Assembly (NCBI GenBank): GCA_964527765.1
Contig: CAZGQR010000005.1
Location: 2,402 to 66,401, forward strand
Length of the DNA: 64,000 nt
Reading direction: 5' to 3'
Source: an uncultured Planctomycetia bacterium
GTDB lineage: Bacteria; Omnitrophota; Gorgyraeia; Tantalellales; Tantalellaceae
Shown here piece after piece: positions 40,931-51,037 of the stretch; within the stretch, counting starts at the first letter, position 1; every line of letters starts with the position of its first letter. Both the position numbers and the translations under genes were made by a program. Below the pieces are notes generated by a model, which saw nothing but the letters and a program-made list of their open reading frames with translations, was not told where the DNA came from and did not search any database.

Positions 40931-41841
40931 TGAAAGAACTTGAACTGGTTGAATATATTCGCAAACGTGCCGGCAGGCCCGGCAAGGGCGTGAAGATCGG
41001 GATAGGCGACGATTGCGCCGTGCTCGAGTACGATGCGAAACATTATCTTCTCTGGGCTACCGACATGCTCGTGGAAGGGACACATTTTCGCCTTAAAGGA
41101 ACGCCGTACAGGAAGATCGGCCGCAAGGCCGTCGCGGTCAATATAAGCGATATCGCCGCCATGGGAGGATTGCCCAGGCATGTCACAGTGGCCATGGGCA
41201 TTCCGGGCGGGATGGCCGGTTCCGCCGTCCGCGGCATCTATGACGGCATATTCGGCATATGTAAAGATCACGGCATCAAGGTCATCGGGGGTGATATTAA
41301 CCGGTCCGGCAGGCTCATAGTCGATGTTTCCATCATGGGGCTCGTCGAAAAAGAACGGCTGATAAAGCGCAGCGGCGCCAGGGAAAAAGACCTTGTGCTG
41401 ATCACGGGTCCCGTCAGGAGCGGAAAAAAAGAACACCTGGATTTCGCGCCGCGGCTGAAGGAAGCGCGGTTCCTTTCCCGGCGCTGTAAAATAAATTCCA
41501 TGATAGATACCTCGGACGGGATCGCCCTGGATATGGGGCGGATATGCTCTGAAAGCGGCGTGGGATGCAGATTGTATGAAGGAGCTATCCCGCTTTCAAA
41601 GGGGCTCACGCTCGAAGAAGCTCTTTATTCCGGGGAAAGTTTTGAACTATTGTTCACCATGGGGGTGAAGGAGGCAAGGAAACTGTTTTTGAAGAGAAGA
41701 TCGTTCCTGCCTCAGGCAGGGGGTCGGGAATGTGAATATTTTGTTATCGGGGAGATCACGCCGAAGAAGAACGGCCTTTGCCTTATAAGGAAAGAGGGAC
41801 GTGCGGGCGCGTTGAAGATGACGGGGTTCAGACACCTGTGA
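40930..41841 (+). CDS. thiL: thiamine-monophosphate kinase
   Basis: AIR-synthase-related fold, DDCAVL, GGDIN motifs; 303 aa. Confidence 0.8.
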   Translation: MKELELVEYIRKRAGRPGKGVKIGIGDDCAVLEYDAKHYLLWATDMLVEGTHFRLKGTPYRKIGRKAVAVNISDIAAMGGLPRHVTVAMGIPGGMAGSAVRGIYDGIFGICKDHGIKVIGGDINRSGRLIVDVSIMGLVEKERLIKRSGAREKDLVLITGPVRSGKKEHLDFAPRLKEARFLSRRCKINSMIDTSDGIALDMGRICSESGVGCRLYEGAIPLSKGLTLEEALYSGESFELLFTMGVKEARKLFLKRRSFLPQAGGRECEYFVIGEITPKKNGLCLIRKEGRAGALKMTGFRHL

Positions 41842-41842
41842 A

Positions 41843-41948
41843 AGGCGGGACAGGTCTGCGGCGGTAGACGTTGCTGAAAGGCGGGACAGGTTTACTGTGG
41901 TAGCATAGTCCCGGGAATAAACCTGTCCCTGTATTTTTATTTTTAAGC
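41843..41948 (+). repeat. hairpin repeat family copy B (truncated 5' half plus complete copy)
   Basis: The 5' half AAAGGCGGGACAGGTCT (41843-41857) is followed by a complete copy: stem GGGACAGGTTT (41883-41893) pairs with AAACCTGTCCC (41919-41929), with a C-to-T/G-to-A covarying pair. T-tract runs into the tsaE ATG. Confidence 0.6.
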
Positions 41949-42425
41949 ATGAAAAGCATAACAACTAATTCTCCGGAAGGAACGATGGAAATTGCGTCTC
42001 ACCTGGCGAAGAACCTCCGTGAGGGCGATTTTATAGCTCTTCTGGGGGAACTGGGGACCGGCAAGACCATGTTCGTAAAAGGACTGGCCGAGGGGCTGGG
42101 GATCGAGGGCCATCTTTATGTTAATAGCCCTTCATTCGTCGTGATGAGAGAATACCGCGGGAAGAAGGACCTTTATCATTTTGACGTTTTCAGGCTTGAT
42201 CTGAAAAGTTTTTGCGAGACCCTGGATTATGAGAAATATTTTTACGGCAGCGGCATTACCGTCGTTGAATGGGCGGATAAGATAAAGGATATCCTGCCCG
42301 AGGATTACCTGGAGATCGGGATAGAATTCAGCGATCATACGGAGAGAAAGTTCACCTTTCGCGCGGTCGGCGCGAGGGCAAAAGAGATCCTGAGGGGAAT
42401 GAAAGGCGGGACAGGTCTACAGTAG
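41949..42425 (+). CDS. tsaE: tRNA threonylcarbamoyladenosine biosynthesis protein TsaE
   Basis: P-loop GELGTGKT, 158 aa. The C-terminal KGGTGLQ is encoded by hairpin repeat copy C. Confidence 0.8.
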   Translation: MKSITTNSPEGTMEIASHLAKNLREGDFIALLGELGTGKTMFVKGLAEGLGIEGHLYVNSPSFVVMREYRGKKDLYHFDVFRLDLKSFCETLDYEKYFYGSGITVVEWADKIKDILPEDYLEIGIEFSDHTERKFTFRAVGARAKEILRGMKGGTGLQ

Positions 42426-42476
42426 TAATGTAAGGTCGGGAATAGACCTGTCCCTATATTTTAATTTTTGTAGTAC
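42402..42476 (+). repeat. hairpin repeat family copy C
   Basis: Stem GGGACAGGTCT (42408-42418) pairs perfectly with AGACCTGTCCC (42444-42454). Same loop motif. T-rich tail 42455-42476 runs into the tsaB ATG. Confidence 0.6.
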
Positions 42477-43160
42477 ATGAAGATACTTGCGCTCGATACA
42501 TCGACGAAATTTCTGAGCATCGCGTGCCTTGAAGACGACAGCGTAAAAGCCGCGTTCCATGAGGACGTCGGTATACGGCACAGCGAAGTTCTTATCGACG
42601 CCTTGAGGGAAACGTCAGGTTCTCTCGGCTGGTCCATGGGAGAAATAGGCCTGATATGCACAGGCCTTGGGCCGGGATCCTTCACGGGGGTGCGCATAGG
42701 GGTCGCCACGGTCAAGGGCCTGGCTGCGGTCCTTCGCAATAAAGTGGTAGGCGTTCCCAGCATGGATGCCATTGTCATGGAGGCGCCGCCGGGACGGGAA
42801 CTGGCAGCTCCTTTTCTTGATGCGCGTAAAGGGAAGGTATACGCGTGCGTTTATGACCGTTCAGGCGGGGAAGCCAGAAGGATCACCGATTATCTTCTGA
42901 CGACGGTTGATGAATTTTTAGACGGCCTGAAAGAGAAGGTGTTCCTGTTCGGAGATGCGGTCACGAAGTATAAGGAAAAACTGGACAACTGTTCACTGGC
43001 GGAGTATGCTGAAAATATAGACTGGTATCCGAGAGCCGCTCATATAGGGCGCATCGGGTTCAGGAAAGCTCTGACGGCAACGGATGATCCTGAAGCCCTT
43101 GAGCCGTTGTATCTGCACGCGAAAGAATGCCAGATCCAAAAAAGAGGCAAAGCGGTATGA
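42477..43160 (+). CDS. tsaB: tRNA t6A biosynthesis protein TsaB (YeaZ)
   Basis: N-terminal MKILALDTST, ASKH fold, no metal-binding HxxH. Partner of tsaE. Confidence 0.8.
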   Translation: MKILALDTSTKFLSIACLEDDSVKAAFHEDVGIRHSEVLIDALRETSGSLGWSMGEIGLICTGLGPGSFTGVRIGVATVKGLAAVLRNKVVGVPSMDAIVMEAPPGRELAAPFLDARKGKVYACVYDRSGGEARRITDYLLTTVDEFLDGLKEKVFLFGDAVTKYKEKLDNCSLAEYAENIDWYPRAAHIGRIGFRKALTATDDPEALEPLYLHAKECQIQKRGKAV

Positions 43161-44284
43161 ATGACACGAAATACAGGCCGACATGGGCGGAAATAGACCT
43201 GGACGCCGTGAGGTATAACCTGGGGTGCATACGCGGGCTTGTTGACGAAAAGGTGGCGATCATGGCCGTGGTAAAAGCGAATGCCTACGGCCACGGGATC
43301 GACCGTGTCAGCCGGGTCATGGTCGAAGAAGGGGTCGATTATCTCGGAGTAGCCACGGTCGATGAGGCTTTGAATTTGCGCCGGTCCGGCATTGACACGC
43401 CCATACTTGTTCTGGGTTCAGTGCTCGAGCAGGAAGCGAAAGCCGCCGTGGAGCATGACATTACCCTGACGCTGTGCGATCCGGGCCTTCTGGAGGTGCT
43501 CGCGAACATAGCAAAACGGGCAAAAGCGCGTCCCAGGGTCCATATCAAGGTGGATACGGGCATGGGGCGGATCGGGGTGTGGCATGAAGAGGCGCTCGGC
43601 TTTGTCAGGGAAGTCTTCTCGAGAAAAAAAATAGAGGCAGAAGGAGTGTATACGCATTTTTCTTCGGCCGGCCGCGATAAGATGGTGACACGCTTGCAGA
43701 TAGGTTCTTTCGAGAAGGTATTGAAAGATATGGAAAGTCACGGGTTCGACGTGAAATATAAGCATGCGGCCAACAGTATAGCCGTGGTCGACTGGAAAAG
43801 GTCACACCTGAACCTGGTCAGGCCGGGCATTCTCCTTTACGGGGTGTATCCCAAAGAAGATTTTCGCAGGAATTTCGACTTGAAACCGGTCATGAACCTG
43901 AAAACCAGGATAGTACATCTTAAGGACGCCCCTCCGGGGAGGGCAATAAGTTACGGAAGGACCTACATAACCCAGAAACGGACGAAGATCGCTACCATAC
44001 CGATCGGGTACGCCGACGGCTACGGCCGGATACTGTCCAATAAAGCAGAAGCCCTGCTTAACGGGGAGTATGTCAGGGTTGTCGGCATGGTGACAATGGA
44101 CCAGACCCTCCTGGACGTAGGGCATGTCAAAGATGTGATGGTGGGGGATGAGGTCGTCTTGATAGGCAGACAGGGGAGATCAGAGATCCTTATCGAGAAG
44201 ATAGCAAAACTTGCCGGAACCATTCCTTATGAGATCTTATCCGCAATAACAGACAGGGTCCCCCGCGTTTATAAGGGCGGATGA
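43157..44284 (+). CDS. alr: alanine racemase
   Basis: PLP-lysine motif AVVKANAYGHG and a C-terminal beta domain. ATGA overlap with the tsaB stop. Confidence 0.85.
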   Translation: MNDTKYRPTWAEIDLDAVRYNLGCIRGLVDEKVAIMAVVKANAYGHGIDRVSRVMVEEGVDYLGVATVDEALNLRRSGIDTPILVLGSVLEQEAKAAVEHDITLTLCDPGLLEVLANIAKRAKARPRVHIKVDTGMGRIGVWHEEALGFVREVFSRKKIEAEGVYTHFSSAGRDKMVTRLQIGSFEKVLKDMESHGFDVKYKHAANSIAVVDWKRSHLNLVRPGILLYGVYPKEDFRRNFDLKPVMNLKTRIVHLKDAPPGRAISYGRTYITQKRTKIATIPIGYADGYGRILSNKAEALLNGEYVRVVGMVTMDQTLLDVGHVKDVMVGDEVVLIGRQGRSEILIEKIAKLAGTIPYEILSAITDRVPRVYKGG

Positions 44285-44400
44285 CCTCATTCAAACCCGC
44301 AAAACTGAAAGTAAAACGGACAAAAATGTGTCTATAGTATCAGGTCCCGGGGATCAAGTATGCGGGATTTTCAGAGAGATCAGGACATAAAACCGGAATC

Positions 44401-44428
44401 TTGACAAAGGTTTTTGTTGTGTTATACT
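44401..44428 (+). promoter_or_regulatory. candidate sigma70 promoter TTGACA-16-TATACT for the ilvBHC-leuA operon
   Basis: TTGACA at 44401-44406 and TATACT at 44423-44428, in an AT-rich 224-bp intergenic region ~80 nt upstream of ilvB. Confidence 0.35.
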
Positions 44429-44508
44429 TATTAAACGCATTTGGTATAACTGTTTGTGTATATGTTATAGGAAATGAATATTATTTTATGGCATAAAGGG
44501 GAAGTAAA

Positions 44509-46203
44509 ATGGCAAAACTTACCGGCGCAGAAATATTGATAAAAAGCTTGCACGAAGAGGGGGTTACTCACATTTTCGGGTATCCGGGCGGATCGGTAAT
44601 ACCTCTAACTGACAAGCTGTATGCCAATAAGGGGCTGAAGTTCTATCTAACGCGTCACGAACAGGGGGCTGCCCATGCGGCCGACGGGTACGCCCGCGCT
44701 ACCGGGAAGGTCGGCGTGTGCATGGCTACGTCGGGTCCGGGTGCGACCAATCTTGTCACAGGGATAGCGACAGCTTACATGGATTCGATCCCCATGGTCG
44801 CCATTACGGGGCAGGTCAAGTGCACTCTTATAGGCAACGATGCATTCCAGGAAGCTGATATGATCGGCATCTCGCGCTCTATTACCAAACACAACTATCT
44901 CGTGAGGGATGTAAGGGAACTGGCAAAAGTGGTCAAGGAAGCGTTCCATATCGCCAGGACAGGCAGGCCGGGCCCGGTGCTTATAGATCTGCCGGTGGAC
45001 GTCCAGCTTCAGTCGGCTGAATTCAAATATCCCAAGACCGTGGATATGAGGGGCTACAAGCCTACCTACAAGGGGCATGTGGGCCAGATAAAGAAAATAG
45101 CCAAGGCGATAGCGAAAAGCAAGAAACCCCTGATCTACGCGGGAGGAGGGGTGATCCTCTCGGGGGCCGACAAGGAACTTACCGCGTTCGCGAGAAAAAC
45201 CGACATCCCCGTGACGACAACAATGATGGGACTGGGCGGATTTCCCGAAGATGATCCGTTGAGCCTCGGCATGCTCGGCATGCACGGAACGGCATATGCC
45301 AATCATGCCGTGCAGGCGTCGGACCTGATCATAGCGGTAGGCGCCAGGTTTGATGACAGGGTCACCGGCAGGATCGATGATTTTGCCCCGAACGCCGTTA
45401 TAGCCCATATCGATATCGATCCGGCCAGTGTAAGCAAAAACGTGCCTGTTGATATTCCCGTCATCGGAGATGCGAAAGATATCCTGAAAAAGCTGATAGA
45501 GCTTATTGGAAAGCAGGACCATCCCGAGTGGCACAAGACGATCGCCAAGTGGAAGAGAGAGCTGCCGCTCAAATATAAAGACGATAATAAGCTGAGGCCC
45601 CAGTATGTGGTCGAACAGATCTACGAGCTGACCAAAGGTAAGGATGTGATCATCTCGACGGAAGTCGGGCAGAACCAGATGTGGGCGGCGCAGCATTTCA
45701 CGTACACCAAACCCAGGACCTGGCTTTCAAGCGGAGGCCTGGGGACGATGGGATACGGATTTCCGGCGGCCATAGGCGCTCAGGTCGGCAGGCCCGAAGC
45801 GATAGTTTTTGATATAGCGGGCGACGGGAGCATCCAGATGAATATCCAGGAACTCGCGACCGCCGTCATGGAAAAAATTCCCGTAAAAGTGATAATTTTG
45901 AATAACGGTTATCTCGGCATGGTGCGCCAGTGGCAGGAACTATTTTATAATAAACGTTATGCTTTTACAGTACTGGCCAAGAACAGCTCTACCGTATGCC
46001 CGGATTTCGTGAAACTTGCGGAAAGTTACGGTGCAAAGGGCATAAGGGTAACCAGGAAGGCCGACGTGAAAAAAGCCATCAAGGACGCCCTGAAGGAAAA
46101 GGGCCCGGTCATCGTGGACTGCGTGATCGAAAGAGAGGAGAACGTGTTCCCCATGGTCCCGGCCGGGGAATCCATCAGCAACATGCTTCATGGATTGGCC
46201 TGA
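44509..46203 (+). CDS. ilvB: acetolactate synthase large subunit (biosynthetic)
   Basis: ThDP enzyme: [21 protein letters not shown] ThDP-binding motif; 564 aa. Confidence 0.9.
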   Translation: MAKLTGAEILIKSLHEEGVTHIFGYPGGSVIPLTDKLYANKGLKFYLTRHEQGAAHAADGYARATGKVGVCMATSGPGATNLVTGIATAYMDSIPMVAITGQVKCTLIGNDAFQEADMIGISRSITKHNYLVRDVRELAKVVKEAFHIARTGRPGPVLIDLPVDVQLQSAEFKYPKTVDMRGYKPTYKGHVGQIKKIAKAIAKSKKPLIYAGGGVILSGADKELTAFARKTDIPVTTTMMGLGGFPEDDPLSLGMLGMHGTAYANHAVQASDLIIAVGARFDDRVTGRIDDFAPNAVIAHIDIDPASVSKNVPVDIPVIGDAKDILKKLIELIGKQDHPEWHKTIAKWKRELPLKYKDDNKLRPQYVVEQIYELTKGKDVIISTEVGQNQMWAAQHFTYTKPRTWLSSGGLGTMGYGFPAAIGAQVGRPEAIVFDIAGDGSIQMNIQELATAVMEKIPVKVIILNNGYLGMVRQWQELFYNKRYAFTVLAKNSSTVCPDFVKLAESYGAKGIRVTRKADVKKAIKDALKEKGPVIVDCVIEREENVFPMVPAGESISNMLHGLA

Positions 46204-46238
46204 TCATTTTTAAGAGACACATAATGGAGGGAAATAAT

Positions 46239-46724
46239 ATGTCAAAATTCGTTATAGCGGCTTTAGTGGAGAACAAGTTCGGGGTCCTGGCCAGGATCGC
46301 GGGTCTTTTTTCGGCCCGCGGGTTCAACATAGACTCACTGGCCGTCGGAGAGACCGAAAATCCCGATATTTCGCGCATGACGATAGTAGTGGAAGCCGAT
46401 GAGAAGATACTGGAGCAGGTCAAAAAACAGCTGAATAAACTCATCGACGTGATAAGGGTGCAGGACCTTACCGGCGGCGAATATCTTGACAGGGAACTCA
46501 TACTCATAAAGGTCAAGGCGGAGAGCGCCAGGATCCGGGAGAAGGTGGTCCAGATCGTCGATTCCACCGGGGCTGAAATAATAGATATAGGGAAAAAATC
46601 CCTTACCGTGGAGGAATCGGGGGACGAACACAGGATAAAAGCCCTTGTAGAGCTTTTGCGTCCTTATGAGATCATCGAGATCGTAAGGACAGGTAAGATC
46701 GCGATACAGTCGGATAAATCGTGA
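46239..46724 (+). CDS. ilvH: acetolactate synthase small (regulatory) subunit
   Basis: ACT domain (ALVENKFGVLARIAGLFSARGFNIDSLAV) plus the C-terminal ALS-ss domain. GGAGGG RBS. Confidence 0.85.
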   Translation: MSKFVIAALVENKFGVLARIAGLFSARGFNIDSLAVGETENPDISRMTIVVEADEKILEQVKKQLNKLIDVIRVQDLTGGEYLDRELILIKVKAESARIREKVVQIVDSTGAEIIDIGKKSLTVEESGDEHRIKALVELLRPYEIIEIVRTGKIAIQSDKS

Positions 46725-46748
46725 CGGAGATATAAAAGGAGGAAGGCG

Positions 46749-47735
46749 ATGGCAAAGATGTATTATGATAAAGATGCCGATCTGAACGTGATCAAAGGAT
46801 CAAAAGTAGCCATCATCGGATACGGCATACAGGGGCGCGGACAGGCCCTGAACCTGAGAGACAGCGGGATCGATGTTCTTGTGAGCGAACTGGAAGGGAC
46901 GCCTAACTACGAACAGGCCAGGAAAGACGGGTTTGATGTCGTTTCCGCGGAAGAAGCGGCGAAACAGGCCGACATCATCCAGATATTGACCCAGGACCAC
47001 GTGCAGGCCGCGGTCTATAAAAAAGCGATCGAAAAAAATCTGAAAGAAGGCGGCGCGATCATGTTTTCGCACGGGTTTAACATACATTTCAGACAGATAG
47101 TCCCGCCGAAAAATGTTGACGTTTTCATGGTGGCGCCGAAAGGGCCCGGAGCGCTGGTAAGGGAGATGTACCAGCAGGGCAAAGGGGTTCCGTGCCTTAT
47201 CGCGGTGTTCCAGGATTTTACGGGTAAGGCCAGGGACAGGGCCCTGGCTTACGCCAAGGCCATAGGCGGGACAAGGGCCGGCGTTATCGAGACCACGTTC
47301 AAGGAAGAGACCGAGACGGATCTTTTCGGTGAACAGTCGGTGCTCTGCGGCGGCACTTCGGAGCTGATAAAAGCCGGTTTTGATACGCTCGTCGAAGCGG
47401 GGTATCAACCGGAGATCGCATATTTCGAGTGCCTCCACGAGCTTAAACTTATCACGGACCTTATTTATAAATACGGGATCTACGGCATGCGCAAAAGAGT
47501 CTCGGATACGGCGGAATATGGCGATATCACCAGGGGCAAAAGGATCATCAACAGCAGGACGCGCAGGGAGATGAAAAAGATCCTGCGCGAGGTCCAGTCC
47601 GGCAAGTTCGCGAAGGAGTGGATCAAGGAGAACAGGAAAGGCCGTCCGAATTATAACAGGATGACCGAAGAGGAAAGACAGCACAGGATCGAGAAGATCG
47701 GTGAAGAGCTTCGCGGCATGATGCCGTGGCTCTAA
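46749..47735 (+). CDS. ilvC: ketol-acid reductoisomerase
   Basis: Rossmann motif [10 protein letters not shown] and KARI catalytic domain; 328 aa (class I). Confidence 0.9.
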   Translation: MAKMYYDKDADLNVIKGSKVAIIGYGIQGRGQALNLRDSGIDVLVSELEGTPNYEQARKDGFDVVSAEEAAKQADIIQILTQDHVQAAVYKKAIEKNLKEGGAIMFSHGFNIHFRQIVPPKNVDVFMVAPKGPGALVREMYQQGKGVPCLIAVFQDFTGKARDRALAYAKAIGGTRAGVIETTFKEETETDLFGEQSVLCGGTSELIKAGFDTLVEAGYQPEIAYFECLHELKLITDLIYKYGIYGMRKRVSDTAEYGDITRGKRIINSRTRREMKKILREVQSGKFAKEWIKENRKGRPNYNRMTEEERQHRIEKIGEELRGMMPWL

Positions 47736-47755
47736 TAGTTAAAAGGAGCGGTAAC

Positions 47756-49291
47756 ATGAAGGACAGGGTGCTTATTTTTGATACGACATTGAGGGACGGG
47801 GAGCAGACGCCCGGAGCGAGCCTGACCATCAATGAAAAACTCAAGATAGCTTTTCAATTGGAGAAACTCGGAGTGGATATCATAGAAGCGGGATTTCCGC
47901 GCACGAGCCCCGGAGACCTTGAGGCGGTAAGGACCGTTTCGAAGCATATCAGAAAGTGCGTGATCTGCGGTCTTGCAAGGGCCACCCAGAAGGATATCGA
48001 CGACGCTTACGCGGCGCTTAAAAAGGCCAAGAGACCCAGGATACATGTTTTTCTTGCCACCTCCAAGATACATATGAAATACAAATTGAGAAAAGCCAAG
48101 GATGAAATATTAAAGACATCAGTAGAGGCGGTAAAATACGCGAGGAAGAAGCTTCCCGATGTGGAGTTCTCGCCCGAAGACGCCTCCCGCACGGAACCGG
48201 CTTTTCTTGCCCGCGTCGTGGAGGCCGTTATAGACGCCGGCGCCGGAACGGTCAATATCCCGGATACCGTAGGGTATGCCGTTCCGCAGGAATTCGGACA
48301 GACCATAAGGAACCTCACGGAAAAAGTGCCCAACATACACAAAGCGGTCATAAGCGTCCACTGCCACAACGATCTGGGGCTCGGCGTGAGTAATTCGCTG
48401 GCCGCCGTCTTGAACGGCGCCCGTCAGGTAGAATGCACCGTTAACGGGCTTGGTGAAAGGGCCGGGAACGCGGCCCTGGAGGAGATCATCATGGCCCTGC
48501 GGATGCGGAAAGACATGTTCGGCGGGCTGGCGACGGGCATCAGGACCAGAGAGCTGTACAGGACCAGCAAGCTGGTCAGTAAATTGACCGGCATTCCCGT
48601 CCAGCCCAACAAGGCCATTATCGGGGAAAATGCGTTCAGCCATGAATCCGGGATCCACCAGGACGGCGTGATGAAGAAAAGAGTCACTTACGAGATCATC
48701 AAGCCTCAGGATGTCGGGTTCAAAGGCAGCAGGATAGTTCTCGGGAAACTTTCCGGCAGGCACGCTTTTTCCGAAAGACTGAAAAAGCTCGGGTACTCCC
48801 TTTCGGACAAGGAGCTGAACCAGGCGTTCAAGCGCTTCAAGATACTGGCCGACAAGAAACCCAAGATATTCGATGAGGATATCGCGACGATCGTGGAAGA
48901 CGAACTTGCGACGATACCCCAGAGGTATAAACTCCTCAATTTTGAAGTAACAAGCGGCAACAGGATCAAGCCGCTGGCGAAGGTGGAACTTGAAGAGGAC
49001 AAGAAAACGATAAGCGCGAGCGCCACAGGTGACGGCCCGATAGACGCATGTTTCAAGACCATAGACAGGGCCATCAAGATGAAAGGCAGACTTGTGGACT
49101 ACAAGGTCAATGCCGTTACCAGCGGGAAAGACGCTCTCGGGGAAGCCAATGTCAAGGTCGCGTTCAGGGATGACGTGGTAACGGGCAGAGGCTCGAGCAC
49201 GGATGTCATAGAGGCGAGCGTCCGGGCTTATGTGAACGCGGTCAATCGCCTTTCTTTGAGAAGGAAAAAGTTGAAGAAAAAGGGCAAGTAA
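47756..49291 (+). CDS. leuA: 2-isopropylmalate synthase (or citramalate synthase)
   Basis: DRE-TIM motif FDTTLRDGEQ, HCHNDLGL, and a C-terminal LeuA-dimer regulatory domain. Start MKDRV. Confidence 0.8.
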   Translation: MKDRVLIFDTTLRDGEQTPGASLTINEKLKIAFQLEKLGVDIIEAGFPRTSPGDLEAVRTVSKHIRKCVICGLARATQKDIDDAYAALKKAKRPRIHVFLATSKIHMKYKLRKAKDEILKTSVEAVKYARKKLPDVEFSPEDASRTEPAFLARVVEAVIDAGAGTVNIPDTVGYAVPQEFGQTIRNLTEKVPNIHKAVISVHCHNDLGLGVSNSLAAVLNGARQVECTVNGLGERAGNAALEEIIMALRMRKDMFGGLATGIRTRELYRTSKLVSKLTGIPVQPNKAIIGENAFSHESGIHQDGVMKKRVTYEIIKPQDVGFKGSRIVLGKLSGRHAFSERLKKLGYSLSDKELNQAFKRFKILADKKPKIFDEDIATIVEDELATIPQRYKLLNFEVTSGNRIKPLAKVELEEDKKTISASATGDGPIDACFKTIDRAIKMKGRLVDYKVNAVTSGKDALGEANVKVAFRDDVVTGRGSSTDVIEASVRAYVNAVNRLSLRRKKLKKKGK

Positions 49292-49319
49292 TTCTGCCGC
49301 GCCCTTTTTATGGAATATT

Positions 49320-50231
49320 ATGACAAATGATACGCATAGCAGGAAAACATATGGCCTTCTGGGAAAGAATATAAGCTATTCTTTATCTCCCGTCATGCAT
49401 AATGCCGCTTTCAGGCATTTCGGTATTTCCGCCAAGTATGAACTTTTCGATATAAAAGAAAAAGACCTTGAGAGTTTTTTTCAAAAGCGTGTTTTGGGCG
49501 GCAAAATGAACGGTTTCAATGTAACTATCCCGTATAAGATGACGGTTTGTGACATGCTTAAAACGCGCGAGGATTGTGTTCTTGATGAGACGGCGGGCAG
49601 CCTGGGAGCGGTAAATACCGTCAAAGTCGAGGAGGAGGGGCTCCGGGGATTTAATACCGACAGCAGAGGTTTCCGCGAAGCCGTGTCAGAGGAGATCGCT
49701 CCGGGGCTTAAGGCTTTAGCGGACAAGAAAGTTTTTGTCCTGGGCGCCGGAGGGGCAAGCCGCGCGGCCTGCTTTTCTCTGGCATCATCCGAGCCGGCCC
49801 CGAAAAAAATATTCGTCTTTGATATAGACGGGACAAAACTTTCCTCAATGGTGGATTTTTTTGAAAGCTGTTTCGGCGCGGGCATATTGACGGGTGTCAC
49901 GGAGGGGGATATACCGCGCAAGCTGAGCGAAAGCGTTCTTTTGATAAATGCCACGCCTCTGGGCACAAGGAAAGGAGATCCTTTGCCCGTCCGGCCCGAT
50001 CTTCTTCATGAAAATATTATGGTATACGATCTTGTTTATGCAAGAGAGACGGAGCTGGTAAAGGAAGCAACAAAAAAGGGCCTCAAAGCGACAGGCGGTC
50101 TTGGCATGCTTGTCAACCAGGCTGCGCTGGCTTTTGATATATGGTCCGTTGAGAATTTCTATCTGGGGGATATAAAAGAGATCATGAAGAAAGCGGCCCT
50201 GGAGGAACTGGAAAGGCGCGGAAGGGCATAG
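49320..50231 (+). CDS. aroE: shikimate dehydrogenase
   Basis: YGLLGKNISYSLSPVMHN substrate motif and GAGGASRA NADP-binding motif. Confidence 0.8.
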   Translation: MTNDTHSRKTYGLLGKNISYSLSPVMHNAAFRHFGISAKYELFDIKEKDLESFFQKRVLGGKMNGFNVTIPYKMTVCDMLKTREDCVLDETAGSLGAVNTVKVEEEGLRGFNTDSRGFREAVSEEIAPGLKALADKKVFVLGAGGASRAACFSLASSEPAPKKIFVFDIDGTKLSSMVDFFESCFGAGILTGVTEGDIPRKLSESVLLINATPLGTRKGDPLPVRPDLLHENIMVYDLVYARETELVKEATKKGLKATGGLGMLVNQAALAFDIWSVENFYLGDIKEIMKKAALEELERRGRA

Positions 50232-50999
50232 ATGGAATATCTGCTTGTCTTTATTTTCGGAGCGGTTATCGGCAGTTTTTTGAACGTGTGTATTTACAGG
50301 ATACCTCTGGGGAAATCCATTGTCCGGCCGCGTTCTTTCTGCCCTTTTTGCGAGCATACCATCGGATGGTTTGACAATATACCTCTGGTGAGTTTTTTGC
50401 TTTTAAGGGGCAAGTGCCGTTATTGCAAACGCCCCATACCGCTGAGATATTTTGTGGTGGAACTTCTGACGGCGCTCAGCGGAGCAGGGCTTCTGTTTTA
50501 TTTTTCGCTGAGCATCCAGTTTTTTATTTACTGGCTGTTCACGTGCATTCTTATAACCGTGGCGGTCACGGATATAGAGAACAGGGAGATACCGGATGTT
50601 ATCAGCATCCCGGGCATATTTATCGGTGTGATCCTGATGACGGTTTTCAGGCTGGACGCTTCGGACGCGTATATCAGATCATTCCTGAATTCATGTCTGG
50701 GTATCCTGGCGGGGGCGGGCAGCATGTTCCTGCTGGGCTTTTTCGGCGAGCTGATATTCCGGAAAGAGGCCCTCGGCGGCGGGGATGTGAAGTTGATGGG
50801 CATGATAGGGGCTTTTCTGGGGTGGAAACTTGTCCTTTTGGCATTTTTCCTGGCCCCGATATTGGGCTCCGGTATAGGCATATTCATGAAGATCAGGTTC
50901 AGGAAGGAAGTGATCGCTTACGGTCCGTATCTGTCGGTCAGCGCGCTGGTCAGCCTGCTGTACGGGCACAGGATCCTGGATTACATATTCGGTCTTTAG
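50232..50999 (+). CDS. pilD: type IV prepilin peptidase (A24 family)
   Basis: N-terminal Zn tetracysteine (CPFC...CRYC), followed by an 8-TM peptidase A24 domain with catalytic Asp residues. Confidence 0.8.
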   Translation: MEYLLVFIFGAVIGSFLNVCIYRIPLGKSIVRPRSFCPFCEHTIGWFDNIPLVSFLLLRGKCRYCKRPIPLRYFVVELLTALSGAGLLFYFSLSIQFFIYWLFTCILITVAVTDIENREIPDVISIPGIFIGVILMTVFRLDASDAYIRSFLNSCLGILAGAGSMFLLGFFGELIFRKEALGGGDVKLMGMIGAFLGWKLVLLAFFLAPILGSGIGIFMKIRFRKEVIAYGPYLSVSALVSLLYGHRILDYIFGL

Positions 51000-51037
51000 T
51001 TCATATTCTTATGATGTAGAGAGGAAAGGAGCCAGAG

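Noticed and set aside
44474-44539. Small [24 protein letters not shown] upstream of and overlapping ilvB as a possible ilv leader peptide
   Set aside because: It has only a short Ile/Leu run and no tandem regulatory codons. It overlaps the ilvB RBS and start, and no terminator/antiterminator alternative is evident.
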